A stretch of 64,000 nt of DNA from Bacteroidales bacterium UBA5429 (GCA_002427605.1 DIRT01000036.1:3717-67716); one strand, 5' to 3'; positions 47,679-57,440 are shown, counted from the first letter of the stretch. Translations and numbers: made by a program. The notes: a model not told the origin generated them from the letters alone.

Positions 47679-49526
47679 CTAATTTGAGGTCAGATCTATG
47701 TAATTGGAAATCATTAAGGATGAAGGATTGATTTGCTCTCCCTTGATTTGAAAAAGAACAGCTCCATTGCGATTGATACTTGCCGGCAAATCGGAAAGAG
47801 AGGAGTATTGATCAGCAAAAATAACACCATGATGTTGAATTTGATCCAATTTTTTAGCTTCAATTGAATAGCTAAATTGCTTGTAAGGAGATAGATAGCC
47901 AACTTTGATACTGTCAACTCTATTTTGATTGAAGTCAGCATGTAAGTTTTCTCCCGGTAAAAATGCTACAATCAGGCAAGCATCACCCGTTTTATGAGTT
48001 TGGAAAAAATGGCAAATAGCAACAGTTCCCTGATTCAATTTATGTGATTCATAAAATGTGTCATAATCATTATACTGATCAATCAAAACTCCATTTTTAC
48101 GTTGAATATATGCATCGAAAGGGGAACTTTGTAAAGTAACCCGTTTGCAAAAATGGGAACCTGTATCATGCAGCTTCTCTACATAAATAGGAATTCCATT
48201 GGGAATCTGATCTTTAGTAAACAGGGCATCAATCAGCTTAAATCGGACTTGTGAAACGCGCATATCATCCGTAACCCGCTCATTGGTAAACTGAGCAAAA
48301 AGAGTGCTGATTACCAAAAAAATATAAATAATAAGTTGGATGCTTTTCTTTGCATTTGTATTCTTTATATGTTGATCCACAATGAGATACAATACAATAA
48401 GAGCCACTAAAACGGCGAAAAAGCTGAAAGAAGTAGTGATGTAGGTTTTAGGCTGTAAAAGGATATATTTTTCAGAAACAGAGATCAAAAGATGAGGTAA
48501 TACAATAAAAAGAAGTGCAATCAGAAAGTATTGAATCAACTTTTTGATTTCATATCTGGGAGTTTCCAAACCATGAATCAAGTAAATTACAAGCGCAACT
48601 AATGCCCCTTTAATATACGCTACAGCAGGGATATTTTTAAAAATAATCGCTAAATAGCTATTTCCGGCAGTTTCACTCAAAGCGTAGTCAATAAAGAACT
48701 TTTTATACTCAAAAAAAGGTGCTAACGGCAAACTGTTACTACTCAATCTCCACAACGTTTTTCCCATTTCAGCCCAACTCAAAGCATTGCTGATTTGGTT
48801 CCCGTCATATCCTCTTTCCTGCGAGAAATAATATGCGGCATATACAACCAAATAGAGAATTCCCACAATCAGATAGGGTGCCCATGATTTTATAAATTGT
48901 TTTCTTTTTTCTTTTTGATTTAAAAAAATAGGGGGGAAGCGAAAGCATAGCAGCACCAAAAAGAGTAGCTGGTAAATCAGAAATACCTCATAGAAAAGGG
49001 TTGCCATACCCAAAAAAAGTGCAGACCCAATAAGATGTTTATAACTGCCCGATTCTGTATAGCGGTAATAAAAGTGAAAACTGATAAACAGTAGCGATAA
49101 AGAAAGGGTGAAATAGAGCGGATAAGCGGTAATAGCAGAATGTTTGGCAAAAAAGATTAAAAAGATATTCGCAAAAAGAACACTCCAATAAGTGATGGTT
49201 TTACTTTTTGTGACTCGTTTTATCAGCGAAAAGAAAAGACAAAAAGTTAAAATAATGGGACCAATAAAGAAAAACAGATAGTAAATCCTGGAGTCAACCA
49301 GGTAGGGAATACTGTAAATCCATTTCACCAGATAGAAATAGAATCTACCGGTACCCTGGGCATATAATTGTGCATCAGCAAACCATCTTGATGGAGAAGC
49401 TGTGATGAAATATTCTAAATCGTCACCCGTGACAAAGCCGATCCTTAGCAGTGGATACAACGTAATACCACTCAATAGCAAAAGAAGCCATTGTATCACA
49501 CGATCCCGATCAAAGTGGAGACTCAT
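47679..49526 (-). CDS. polytopic (~11-12 TM) membrane protein with a ~200-aa C-terminal soluble domain; GT-C-like architecture; paralog of 50485-52509
   Basis: The start ATG 49526 was chosen by alignment with the paralog (MSLHFDRDRVIQW...LYPLLRIGFVTGDDLEYF). The track start 49574 overlaps the GT2 gene by 44 nt. Shared motifs are HSAITAYPLYF, ATLFYEVFLIY, FTNERVTDD and EKLHDTGSHF. Confidence 0.6.
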   Translation of the reverse strand: MSLHFDRDRVIQWLLLLLSGITLYPLLRIGFVTGDDLEYFITASPSRWFADAQLYAQGTGRFYFYLVKWIYSIPYLVDSRIYYLFFFIGPIILTFCLFFSLIKRVTKSKTITYWSVLFANIFLIFFAKHSAITAYPLYFTLSLSLLFISFHFYYRYTESGSYKHLIGSALFLGMATLFYEVFLIYQLLFLVLLCFRFPPIFLNQKEKRKQFIKSWAPYLIVGILYLVVYAAYYFSQERGYDGNQISNALSWAEMGKTLWRLSSNSLPLAPFFEYKKFFIDYALSETAGNSYLAIIFKNIPAVAYIKGALVALVIYLIHGLETPRYEIKKLIQYFLIALLFIVLPHLLISVSEKYILLQPKTYITTSFSFFAVLVALIVLYLIVDQHIKNTNAKKSIQLIIYIFLVISTLFAQFTNERVTDDMRVSQVRFKLIDALFTKDQIPNGIPIYVEKLHDTGSHFCKRVTLQSSPFDAYIQRKNGVLIDQYNDYDTFYESHKLNQGTVAICHFFQTHKTGDACLIVAFLPGENLHADFNQNRVDSIKVGYLSPYKQFSYSIEAKKLDQIQHHGVIFADQYSSLSDLPASINRNGAVLFQIKGEQINPSSLMISNYIDLTSN

Positions 49527-49530
49527 ATAG

Positions 49531-50478
49531 CTACTCCTTGTCATTCTCATCTTGAAATCCTTTTGTTTCTTCAATTAAATAGTGGGGTCTTCCTTTGGCT
49601 TCATCAAAAAGATGTCCGATATATTCTCCAATAATACCTATAACAATAAAGTTGACACAGAATAAAGCACTAATCAAAATCACCAGTGTTGTGTAGCCAC
49701 TTACCGGTTTGTCAATAAACCACATGATTAAAGAATAGATGGCGACAATAAAACTCAATAATCCTGAAATTAACCCACTCCATAAACCTAACTTGAGAGG
49801 TGCTTTGGATAAGGTAGATATGGCTGAAAAAGAGAGAGAAAGAAGTTTGAAAAAAGAGTATTTACTCTTTCCGGCTACTCTTTTAGGGGCACTGAAAGGA
49901 ATTGTAGTTCTTTGATAGCCAATAATTTGTATAAACCCACGAATAAAACGGGTTCTTTCTCTATAATGATTTTTAAGGATATGAACCACTTTTCTGGAAA
50001 TCAGAAAAAAATCGGAAGCATTAGGCTCCAGTTGGGCACGCATGATCTTGTTTGTGATGGAATAGAAAAATCGGGAAGTGATACTGCGGAACCAACCTCC
50101 ATCATTCCGGTCAGTACGAACCATATTGATGATCTCAAACCCTTCCAGGTACTTTTCCCACATGGCATGAATGCAGGTCGGAGGATGTTGTAAATCAGCA
50201 TCCATACAGATGGCTGCATCACCGTTACAATGATCAATTCCCGCCAACATGGCCGCTTCATGACCAAAATTACGGGAAAAAGAGATAATGCGAATCCTTG
50301 AATCATGTTCCTGTAATTGATGTAGAACAGATAAACTACTGTCGCTGCTGCCATCATTGATAAACAGGATCTCTGCTTCAACAGGAAGAGAAGTTAACTC
50401 ATGCTCTAATTGTGTGTAAAAGGGGAGCAATGAGTCCTCTTCGTTGTATACAGAAACAATAATGGATAATTTTTGCAT
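49531..50478 (-). CDS. family 2 glycosyltransferase, polyprenyl-phosphate sugar synthase type (GtrB/ArnC/CsbB-like)
   Basis: LSIIVSVYNEE, FINDGSSD and MDADLQHPP (DxD), plus two C-terminal TM helices (LWSGLISGLLSFIVAIYSLI and TTLVILISALFCVNFIVIGIIG). Confidence 0.8.
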   Translation of the reverse strand: MQKLSIIVSVYNEEDSLLPFYTQLEHELTSLPVEAEILFINDGSSDSSLSVLHQLQEHDSRIRIISFSRNFGHEAAMLAGIDHCNGDAAICMDADLQHPPTCIHAMWEKYLEGFEIINMVRTDRNDGGWFRSITSRFFYSITNKIMRAQLEPNASDFFLISRKVVHILKNHYRERTRFIRGFIQIIGYQRTTIPFSAPKRVAGKSKYSFFKLLSLSFSAISTLSKAPLKLGLWSGLISGLLSFIVAIYSLIMWFIDKPVSGYTTLVILISALFCVNFIVIGIIGEYIGHLFDEAKGRPHYLIEETKGFQDENDKE

Positions 50479-50484
50479 ATTGAT

Positions 50485-52509
50485 TTATTGATATTCATTG
50501 TATAATAACCAGCGAGCATCATTGCGTAGTGCATTTCGATATGGAATTTTCTGTTCATCGGCCTTTTGTTCTATCATTTTTACAGCATTTTGATTTCTTT
50601 GTAGCTGTTTCATGATCCTTTTAACCCATGCTCTTTCATAGTGCGAAGGAATTTGACCTAGTTTGAGCAGAGGGACTCCATGAATAATTTGATTGCTGAT
50701 AGATATCGATTGAGGTATGATTTGGCACCCCCTTAATTTTATTATTCCAGAAGAAGGTTTATTTAAAAAAAGAAGATTGGCATGGTGAAAATTACCGTAG
50801 TGGGTGATAGGATTATCATTAATAAAAAGATCACATATTGAATCTGTTGCAGCTTGGATAGAGAATTTCTTGTAGGCTGAAAGGTAGCTTACGATGAGCG
50901 AGTCACAGCGGTTATTTTCAAACTGTTCTTGAAGTTGTGTCCCCAATAATGGCACAATTAAGATTTGGGAATCTCCCATTTTGCTGTTCTGAGAATGATA
51001 CATCAGGTACACTAAACGCTCCTGATCTTTATATTGGTTATAAAACTCTTTATAATGTGAGCATGCTTTAATCTCCAGTCCACATATTTCCTTAGCAAAA
51101 TTATGAAATTGTTCTGACTGTCTAGTAATGGGATGTGTAAAATGGGATCCGGTATAGTGCAACTGCTCAGTATAAACTGGTGATCCGTTTTGAATATACT
51201 CAGGGTTAAACAAAGTTTTCAAGTGGGTTAATCGTTTTTCTCCGACTGCTAAATCGTCCGTAACTCTTTCATTGACAAACTGAATACTTAATGTAGAAAT
51301 GAAAATAAAAAGAGTTAGAAAAAAAAGCACTAACCTGTTTCTCCATTTATTCACTACTCCCCATTGTATAAGTAATGTAATGATGGAAAAAATAAAAAGA
51401 ACCATTGCAAAAAAAGAAAAAAAAGTAGTTACATAGCCGGTTTGAATGAATGTGGAGTATTTTTCTGAAATGGCTAGCGGAAGATGAGGTGCAATGATAA
51501 AAAATAGTGAAATGAGAGCCAGAAACAGTAGACGTTTTTTATCCATTTTTATCGGAACTCTTCGGATAAGGATGAAAAATAGAACGGCTGCAATGATTGC
51601 TTTTACATATGCAGTCATACTCGCCTCAGAAAAGAGCATTGTGTATACGTTAAAAGATTGATTATATTGAGAGGAAGATTCTGTAATAAAAAATTGGTAA
51701 TCAAAAAAGGTCGAGAAGGGGAAGCTATATAGTGTCATGGTTGTCAAAGCCTGAATAAAAAGCGAGAAGTCGAATTCAGAAGGGAGACTATTGCCCTCAT
51801 ATTGGGAAGGAGTTGATTTTAAAAAGAGGTAATAGGTGGTTAAGTAAAGTATTCCAAAAAAAATGAATGGAGTAAGCTCTTTATATAAAAGCACTCTTTT
51901 TTTCTTTTCTTTAAGTGAACTCCAAGAATAGCGATAGATGATAAATATAAAAATTAAAAAATAGTAAATTAAGTATGATTCGTAAAAAAGAGTGGCTATT
52001 CCAAACAGAAGTGCTGCAATCAGTAGGAAATAATAGCGATTTTTATAAATATAGGAATGTAGTACATGAAGCGATCCAAGGATTAAAGAGAAAGAAAATG
52101 AGAAATAAAAGGGGTAAGCAGCTGTGGCTGAATGTCCTCCCCAAATTTGGTAGAGTATGGTAATTAATAGTGCTGTGAATAGCGTAGCAAACTGGTTTTG
52201 AAATATGCGGTGAATCAAAGTGACAAAAAGGACAAAAGAGGTTAAGGTGGGAAGAATCAATAAAGTGTGAAAATAGATTTGATTATCAATCAGATAGGGT
52301 ATTTTGTAAATCCATAGAACCAAAGTGAAGTAAAATCTTCTCTGGTATTGGGCAAAATTCATGGCATCTTCCCAAAAATGATCCCAGGACCAGATCATAT
52401 ATGCAAAGTCATCACCAGTTGCAATACCCACTCGACTAAGAGGATATAAAGCTATCAAACCTAGTAATGCTATAACTCCCCAAAAAAGTAAACGTTCCTC
52501 TTTTTTCAT
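50485..52509 (-). CDS. polytopic membrane protein, GT-C-like architecture, paralog of 47679-49526
   Basis: MKKEERLLFWGVIALLGLIALYPLSRVGIATGDDFAYM..., then ~11 TM segments and a soluble C-terminal domain (FVNERVTDD, EQLHYTGSHF). The track start 52530 would overrun the TACTTTTG box at 52520-52527. Confidence 0.6.
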   Translation of the reverse strand: MKKEERLLFWGVIALLGLIALYPLSRVGIATGDDFAYMIWSWDHFWEDAMNFAQYQRRFYFTLVLWIYKIPYLIDNQIYFHTLLILPTLTSFVLFVTLIHRIFQNQFATLFTALLITILYQIWGGHSATAAYPFYFSFSFSLILGSLHVLHSYIYKNRYYFLLIAALLFGIATLFYESYLIYYFLIFIFIIYRYSWSSLKEKKKRVLLYKELTPFIFFGILYLTTYYLFLKSTPSQYEGNSLPSEFDFSLFIQALTTMTLYSFPFSTFFDYQFFITESSSQYNQSFNVYTMLFSEASMTAYVKAIIAAVLFFILIRRVPIKMDKKRLLFLALISLFFIIAPHLPLAISEKYSTFIQTGYVTTFFSFFAMVLFIFSIITLLIQWGVVNKWRNRLVLFFLTLFIFISTLSIQFVNERVTDDLAVGEKRLTHLKTLFNPEYIQNGSPVYTEQLHYTGSHFTHPITRQSEQFHNFAKEICGLEIKACSHYKEFYNQYKDQERLVYLMYHSQNSKMGDSQILIVPLLGTQLQEQFENNRCDSLIVSYLSAYKKFSIQAATDSICDLFINDNPITHYGNFHHANLLFLNKPSSGIIKLRGCQIIPQSISISNQIIHGVPLLKLGQIPSHYERAWVKRIMKQLQRNQNAVKMIEQKADEQKIPYRNALRNDARWLLYNEYQ

Positions 52510-52519
52510 CTTTTTTTTG

Positions 52520-52527
52520 CAAAAGTA
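52520..52527 (-). promoter_or_regulatory. -7 box TACTTTTG for the GT-C/GT2/GT-C operon
   Basis: The minus strand reads AATGTACTTTTGCAAAAAAAAGATG. The box ends 10 nt before ATG 52509, so the mRNA would be nearly leaderless. Confidence 0.45.
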
Positions 52528-52588
52528 CATTATTTTATGAAATATAATAGCACTTTTGAAGTTATTGATATAAAAGGAAATCGATTCT

Positions 52589-55500
52589 TTGAGACAGTTT
52601 CTAATATTTTTTATATTTGTTTTCTCCTGGTTTTGGAATCTACAAGCACAAGAGGGTGTGATTCCCAGGTATAAACAGGTTTTTGCCGATCGGGATACTG
52701 TTTTTCTGGATAGTTTGTCTATATTGCCCGGGTCACTAGTTATTGAGGGGGTTTCACCCTCTCAGTACAGTGTGGATTGTATTCACGGATACCTCTTTCT
52801 ACATGATACAACTTTGTATGGAAAAACCTTGAACTGTCATTATAAACTATTTCATAAGAGTTTTGCTCATCGTGTTTATAATAAACCGATATCACTAATT
52901 CAGGAAAAGGGAAAGTTTTATAAGCCTGAGGAGTTGAACTTACCTGCCTCTTTTTTGCTTGATTATAGTTCAGAGTCCCAACTGGAGAGATCCGGGAGTA
53001 TTACGAGAGGGGTAACCGTTGGGAATAATCAGGATTTTGTGTTAAACTCTTCGTTAAACTTACAAGTATCCGGTTACTTGGCGCCAGAAGTGGAGTTGAG
53101 GGCAAATATTACCGATAGAACACTCCCCATTCAACCAGAAGGGAACACAAGAACAATTCAAGAGTTTGATAAGATCTTTATTACATTGGATATTAAAAAG
53201 AAGTTGAAAGTTAAAGGGGGAGATATTGATATTGTTTCGCCGGAAAGCTATTTTTTGAAAATTGGGAAAAAGAACCTGGGATTGGAAATTGAAGCTCTGT
53301 TTTCGCTCAACAATAAGGGAACTGTAAAGACCAGAACGGGAGCGGGAATCTCCAAAGGGAAATATTACAAACAGAGAATAGTCCCTCAAAATGGAAGACA
53401 AGGTCCCTATAAACTGACCGGTAATGTGGGAGAGGGAACCATCACAGTGCTGTACGGGTCGGAAAGAGTGTATATTGACAATAGGTTGTTAACGAGAGGA
53501 AAAGATGAGGATTATGTAATTGATTATAATTTGGGGGAGATTATTTTCACCCCTAAAATATTAATAACTGGGGAAAAAGAAATCCACGTTGAATATGAGT
53601 ATTCTGACTTAGCCTATTCTCGCTATACATTGCACACTTTTAATGAGATTGGACTCGGAGAGAAGGATCAATTTAAAGTTACTTTCAACTTTTTTCAGGA
53701 GGAGGATATGAAAAATAATTCCATCCAACCTCAGTTGACCGACAGCATGAAACTGATGATGAGTCAACTCTATAATGAAACAACACTGTTGTATCCCGGT
53801 GCTGTGTTGTCAAACTATTTTCCTGGAGAACCCCTTTATATTCAAGTAGATACAGTGGTTGATGGAACAACCTACACCATCTATCAGCAAAGTACAAATT
53901 CCGATGAGGTACTTTACCGGCTTAATTTTTCTTATCTCGGAGTGGGCAAAGGGAACTATAAATTGAATGTTGCTGCAACCAATGGGAGGGCTTTTGTGTG
54001 GGTTCCCCCCATGAATGGAATTCCACAAGGAGAATATGAACCGGTGATTCAGCTTCAAACGCCTCAACGATATCAGATCGGGACTTTAGGAGTACAATAT
54101 AAAGGACTTAAACATTTTACAATTTCTTCAGAGTTTGTCTTTTCCAATCTGAATCAGAATCTGTTTTCAAATCGAGATTCCAATTCTCAAATCGGTATTG
54201 CTTACCATTTATTATTGCAATATAAAGATGAACTCTTTAAGCACAAAGAGGAGTCGAAAAGATGGATATTCAATAGCTTGCTCGGTTATGAAGTCAGAAG
54301 TGCACGTTTTTTACTTCTGGAGGAGAATCGTGATATTGAATTTAATAAGAATTACAATATTGATGATCAGACTACACGAAACAAAGCTTCTCAGATGGGA
54401 ACCCTTGATCTTTCTTTATCCAATAAAAGAAATGGATCAATGCAATGGAAGTCGGAACTGTTTCAAGTTCAAAAACAACTTTTGGCATTGCGCAACGGCT
54501 TGAATACCAATCTGAAATGGAATCGACTTCGTTTGACTTCTCAGACTTCTCACCTCCTCAATCATGACCTCTTGATTCATAGCAATTTTTTCAGAACACA
54601 GACTCAACTATCGATGGTGAATAGAAAAACAGAATTGGGAATCTATGATCGTACAGAATTGAATCGTTTGACAGATCAGAAACAGGATACATTGGTAGGC
54701 AATAGCTACAGATATAATGAATTAGCACTTTTTTTCAAAAATAATGATACTTTGCAGTTTAAATATTTGCTACAGGTCAAAAATATTTTTGCTCATCGTG
54801 CGGTTCAAAACAAGTTTCTCAAAGAAAAAGAGGGTTATGAGTTTCAAACAGCTGCTGAGTATGCTCCTACCATAAAACAATCGATTAAAACCACTCTAAC
54901 CTATAGAAATGAGCAGTTATTCGATTCTTTACAACAATCTTTTTTCGAGAATTTATTTGTTGGGGGCATTAATTATCTGGGTCGGTTTTTAAACAATGGC
55001 GTAATTTATCAAGCTAACTATGAGGCAGGGAGTGGCATGGAGCAGAAGAAAGTTTTCTCCTATTTGAAAGTGGCACCCGGTCAGGGAACGCATATCTGGA
55101 ATGACTACAATAATAATGGGGTAGAGGAACTGGATGAGTTTGAAGTAGCAGTATTTCAAAATGAAGCAGATTACATTAGAATATGGATTCCCTCTCATGA
55201 TTATTACAATACATATAATACGGAACTAACTCAGATGTTGCAAATCAGACCGAAGCAAATCTGGAGGAACCCAAAGAATCGATTTGTAAAAATAGTCACT
55301 CTCTTTTCAAATCATACTACCTTTAAAATTGGTCAAAAAACGCAAACTGACTCTTTTTTCTCAGCATTGAACCCTTTTAGCTTCTTAAAAGATGATGCCG
55401 ATGTAGAAAATTGCGATTTTAACTTGAATAATCGTTTTCTGTTTCAATCCCCGTCACAAAAGTGGATTGGAGATTACATTTACAAACAACTGAACAATAA

Positions 55501-56053
55501 AAACAACTATTATTACGGTACTGAAACTGTTAATTTAAAGATGCATGAATGGAGTATCAGGTATAAAGTGACTCGATTTCTGATCTTAAAATCCGGTTAT
55601 CAAGCAGCTGTTAAGGAGAATAGTTCACAGTTTTTTCACAACAAAAACTATACAATAGAAACCCATAATTTGAAATTGGAATCTCAAATTCAACATTCTG
55701 AAAAGATTAATTTGATACTTAAATACGATTATAAATTCAAAATTAATCTGGTAGGTAAAGAAGAGGTTTCAAGTCATGAAGTGGAAACAGAGTTTTATTA
55801 TAGAATGGTTAAGAAAGGGATGCTGCAAATTAATTTAAAATATGCTTATCTTAAACCCAATCAGGATATAGTTGGAAATCTTGCCTATGAAATAATGGAA
55901 GGGCAAACCAAGGGAAGCAATTGGCTTTGGAGCGTTATATATCAGACAAAATTAGTCGATTATCTTTTCCTTGATTTACAATATAACGGCAGGAAAGGAG
56001 GTCAAAACAGGATGATACATACCGGCTCACTTCAAATTAAGTTTCTCTTTTAA
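52589..56053 (+). CDS. large secreted protein of unknown function, probable outer-membrane beta-barrel
   Basis: 1154-aa ORF with a TTG start and signal peptide MRQFLIFFIFVFSWFWNLQA|QEG. It is beta-rich with alternating hydrophobic residues and ends ...GSLQIKFLF (C-terminal Phe). I could assign no family by eye. Confidence 0.45.
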   Translation: MRQFLIFFIFVFSWFWNLQAQEGVIPRYKQVFADRDTVFLDSLSILPGSLVIEGVSPSQYSVDCIHGYLFLHDTTLYGKTLNCHYKLFHKSFAHRVYNKPISLIQEKGKFYKPEELNLPASFLLDYSSESQLERSGSITRGVTVGNNQDFVLNSSLNLQVSGYLAPEVELRANITDRTLPIQPEGNTRTIQEFDKIFITLDIKKKLKVKGGDIDIVSPESYFLKIGKKNLGLEIEALFSLNNKGTVKTRTGAGISKGKYYKQRIVPQNGRQGPYKLTGNVGEGTITVLYGSERVYIDNRLLTRGKDEDYVIDYNLGEIIFTPKILITGEKEIHVEYEYSDLAYSRYTLHTFNEIGLGEKDQFKVTFNFFQEEDMKNNSIQPQLTDSMKLMMSQLYNETTLLYPGAVLSNYFPGEPLYIQVDTVVDGTTYTIYQQSTNSDEVLYRLNFSYLGVGKGNYKLNVAATNGRAFVWVPPMNGIPQGEYEPVIQLQTPQRYQIGTLGVQYKGLKHFTISSEFVFSNLNQNLFSNRDSNSQIGIAYHLLLQYKDELFKHKEESKRWIFNSLLGYEVRSARFLLLEENRDIEFNKNYNIDDQTTRNKASQMGTLDLSLSNKRNGSMQWKSELFQVQKQLLALRNGLNTNLKWNRLRLTSQTSHLLNHDLLIHSNFFRTQTQLSMVNRKTELGIYDRTELNRLTDQKQDTLVGNSYRYNELALFFKNNDTLQFKYLLQVKNIFAHRAVQNKFLKEKEGYEFQTAAEYAPTIKQSIKTTLTYRNEQLFDSLQQSFFENLFVGGINYLGRFLNNGVIYQANYEAGSGMEQKKVFSYLKVAPGQGTHIWNDYNNNGVEELDEFEVAVFQNEADYIRIWIPSHDYYNTYNTELTQMLQIRPKQIWRNPKNRFVKIVTLFSNHTTFKIGQKTQTDSFFSALNPFSFLKDDADVENCDFNLNNRFLFQSPSQKWIGDYIYKQLNNKNNYYYGTETVNLKMHEWSIRYKVTRFLILKSGYQAAVKENSSQFFHNKNYTIETHNLKLESQIQHSEKINLILKYDYKFKINLVGKEEVSSHEVETEFYYRMVKKGMLQINLKYAYLKPNQDIVGNLAYEIMEGQTKGSNWLWSVIYQTKLVDYLFLDLQYNGRKGGQNRMIHTGSLQIKFLF

Positions 56054-56216
56054 AAACGAAATTTGGACTAAGTCTAAATAATGTACTTATATACTTAAAA
56101 TACAGCCAAATATAATTGTCAACAATGAATTGTTAAAATCGGAAAGAAAAAAAAAAGAGTTTTGAAATTGAAAAATGGTTTGTGGGAGAGAAATTTTTAT
56201 TATTTTTGAGGGTTAA

Positions 56217-56224
56217 TATTTTTG
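56217..56224 (+). promoter_or_regulatory. -7 box TATTTTTG for porP-gldKLMN
   Basis: GGTTAATATTTTTGCAAAAAATG. Confidence 0.5.
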
Positions 56225-56345
56225 CAAAAAATGATTGTGGTTGTAACATTTTTTCAAAATAGGAGTATACTAATTCTACACCAAATCTATTTTGAAAAAA
56301 GAAACATCTAAGTCATTGAATACAAAAAGGATAACAAAATTTGTT

Positions 56346-57386
56346 ATGGTAAAACTAAGTTTGATGAGTATGAGAAAAAGCATTACTATTTTGTTTTTTG
56401 TATTGTTTGGTTTCTTTTCTGCCAATGCGCAACAAGATGCTCAATTTACTTTATTTCCGTGGGCACATTACTATTTTAATCCCGGGTCGGCAGGTGAACA
56501 ACACAAGACATTATGCTTTACAGGGCTATTTCGTCAACAGTATATGGGTTACCGTGATGTGATTCCCGGTACTGACTCGGCATTGGGTACAGGTGGGCAA
56601 CAAATTTTGTTTAATATGGAGTCCTATCTTAGAAAAATACGCGGTGGATTAGGTTTATCTTTAATTAAGGATAAGAATGGACAGTTTGAAAATATTGGAC
56701 TTAGACTTGGGTATGCTTATAAATTGAATCTTCCTACGGGTAGATTGGGGATAGGTTTTCAATTAGGATTTCTTCAGCAATCACTTGTAGATGCGCAGTT
56801 TAGACCTATTCAAGAAGGTGACCCTATCATTGAAGCGCTGGTTAAAGATCCATTGATGAACTTTGACCTAAATTTTGGACTATTCTATAAAGCTAATAAT
56901 TGGTATGCCGGTTTGGCAGCAACTCAATTATTGACTAACGTTCGAATCTCCGGGAATGAAAATTTAATGAATCTGGCAAGACATATATACATGCACGGAG
57001 GATATATTTATGCCGTACCTTTTGATCCGGCGTGGAGTATTGAACCTAACGTCATGCTGAAAACAGATTTAAGTATAGTTCAGCTTGATCTTTTGTTGAT
57101 AGCACGCTACAATAATATATTATGGGGGGGACTGCATTATCGTCTTGATGATGCAGTGTCGGTTGTTTTTGGAGCAAAGCCCTTCTATGATGATCCGAAC
57201 CCTTATTTAAAAGGATTGGATATGGGGATAGCGTATAGTTTTACTACGAGTCAACTCGGTAGATTTCAAGCTAATAGAAGTATGGGGGATATAGAGTTGG
57301 TGGTGAGGTACTGTTTTGATATTTTTAAGCCGGAATACTTCTCCGGATATGGATCAACAAGATATTTATATAAAAATCAGTACTAG
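56346..57386 (+). CDS. porP: PorP/SprF-family T9SS membrane protein
   Basis: Signal peptide ...FFSANA|QQDAQFTLFPWAHYYFNPGSAG is the PorP/SprF N-terminal hallmark. The start is uncertain (TTG 56292, ATG 56346, 56364 or 56370). It lies directly upstream of gldK. Confidence 0.8.
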   Translation: MVKLSLMSMRKSITILFFVLFGFFSANAQQDAQFTLFPWAHYYFNPGSAGEQHKTLCFTGLFRQQYMGYRDVIPGTDSALGTGGQQILFNMESYLRKIRGGLGLSLIKDKNGQFENIGLRLGYAYKLNLPTGRLGIGFQLGFLQQSLVDAQFRPIQEGDPIIEALVKDPLMNFDLNFGLFYKANNWYAGLAATQLLTNVRISGNENLMNLARHIYMHGGYIYAVPFDPAWSIEPNVMLKTDLSIVQLDLLLIARYNNILWGGLHYRLDDAVSVVFGAKPFYDDPNPYLKGLDMGIAYSFTTSQLGRFQANRSMGDIELVVRYCFDIFKPEYFSGYGSTRYLYKNQY

Positions 57387-57440
57387 TTATAAAATAAAAA
57401 TTGAGAAATAAACGTTTTTGTACATATAATGGTGAACGAC

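Noticed and set aside
49912-50381. ORFs 49912-50193 (+) and 50001-50381 (-, alternate frame) within the GT2 gene
   Set aside because: The GT2 frame carries the diagnostic DxD and TM features. The alternates have no recognisable motifs.
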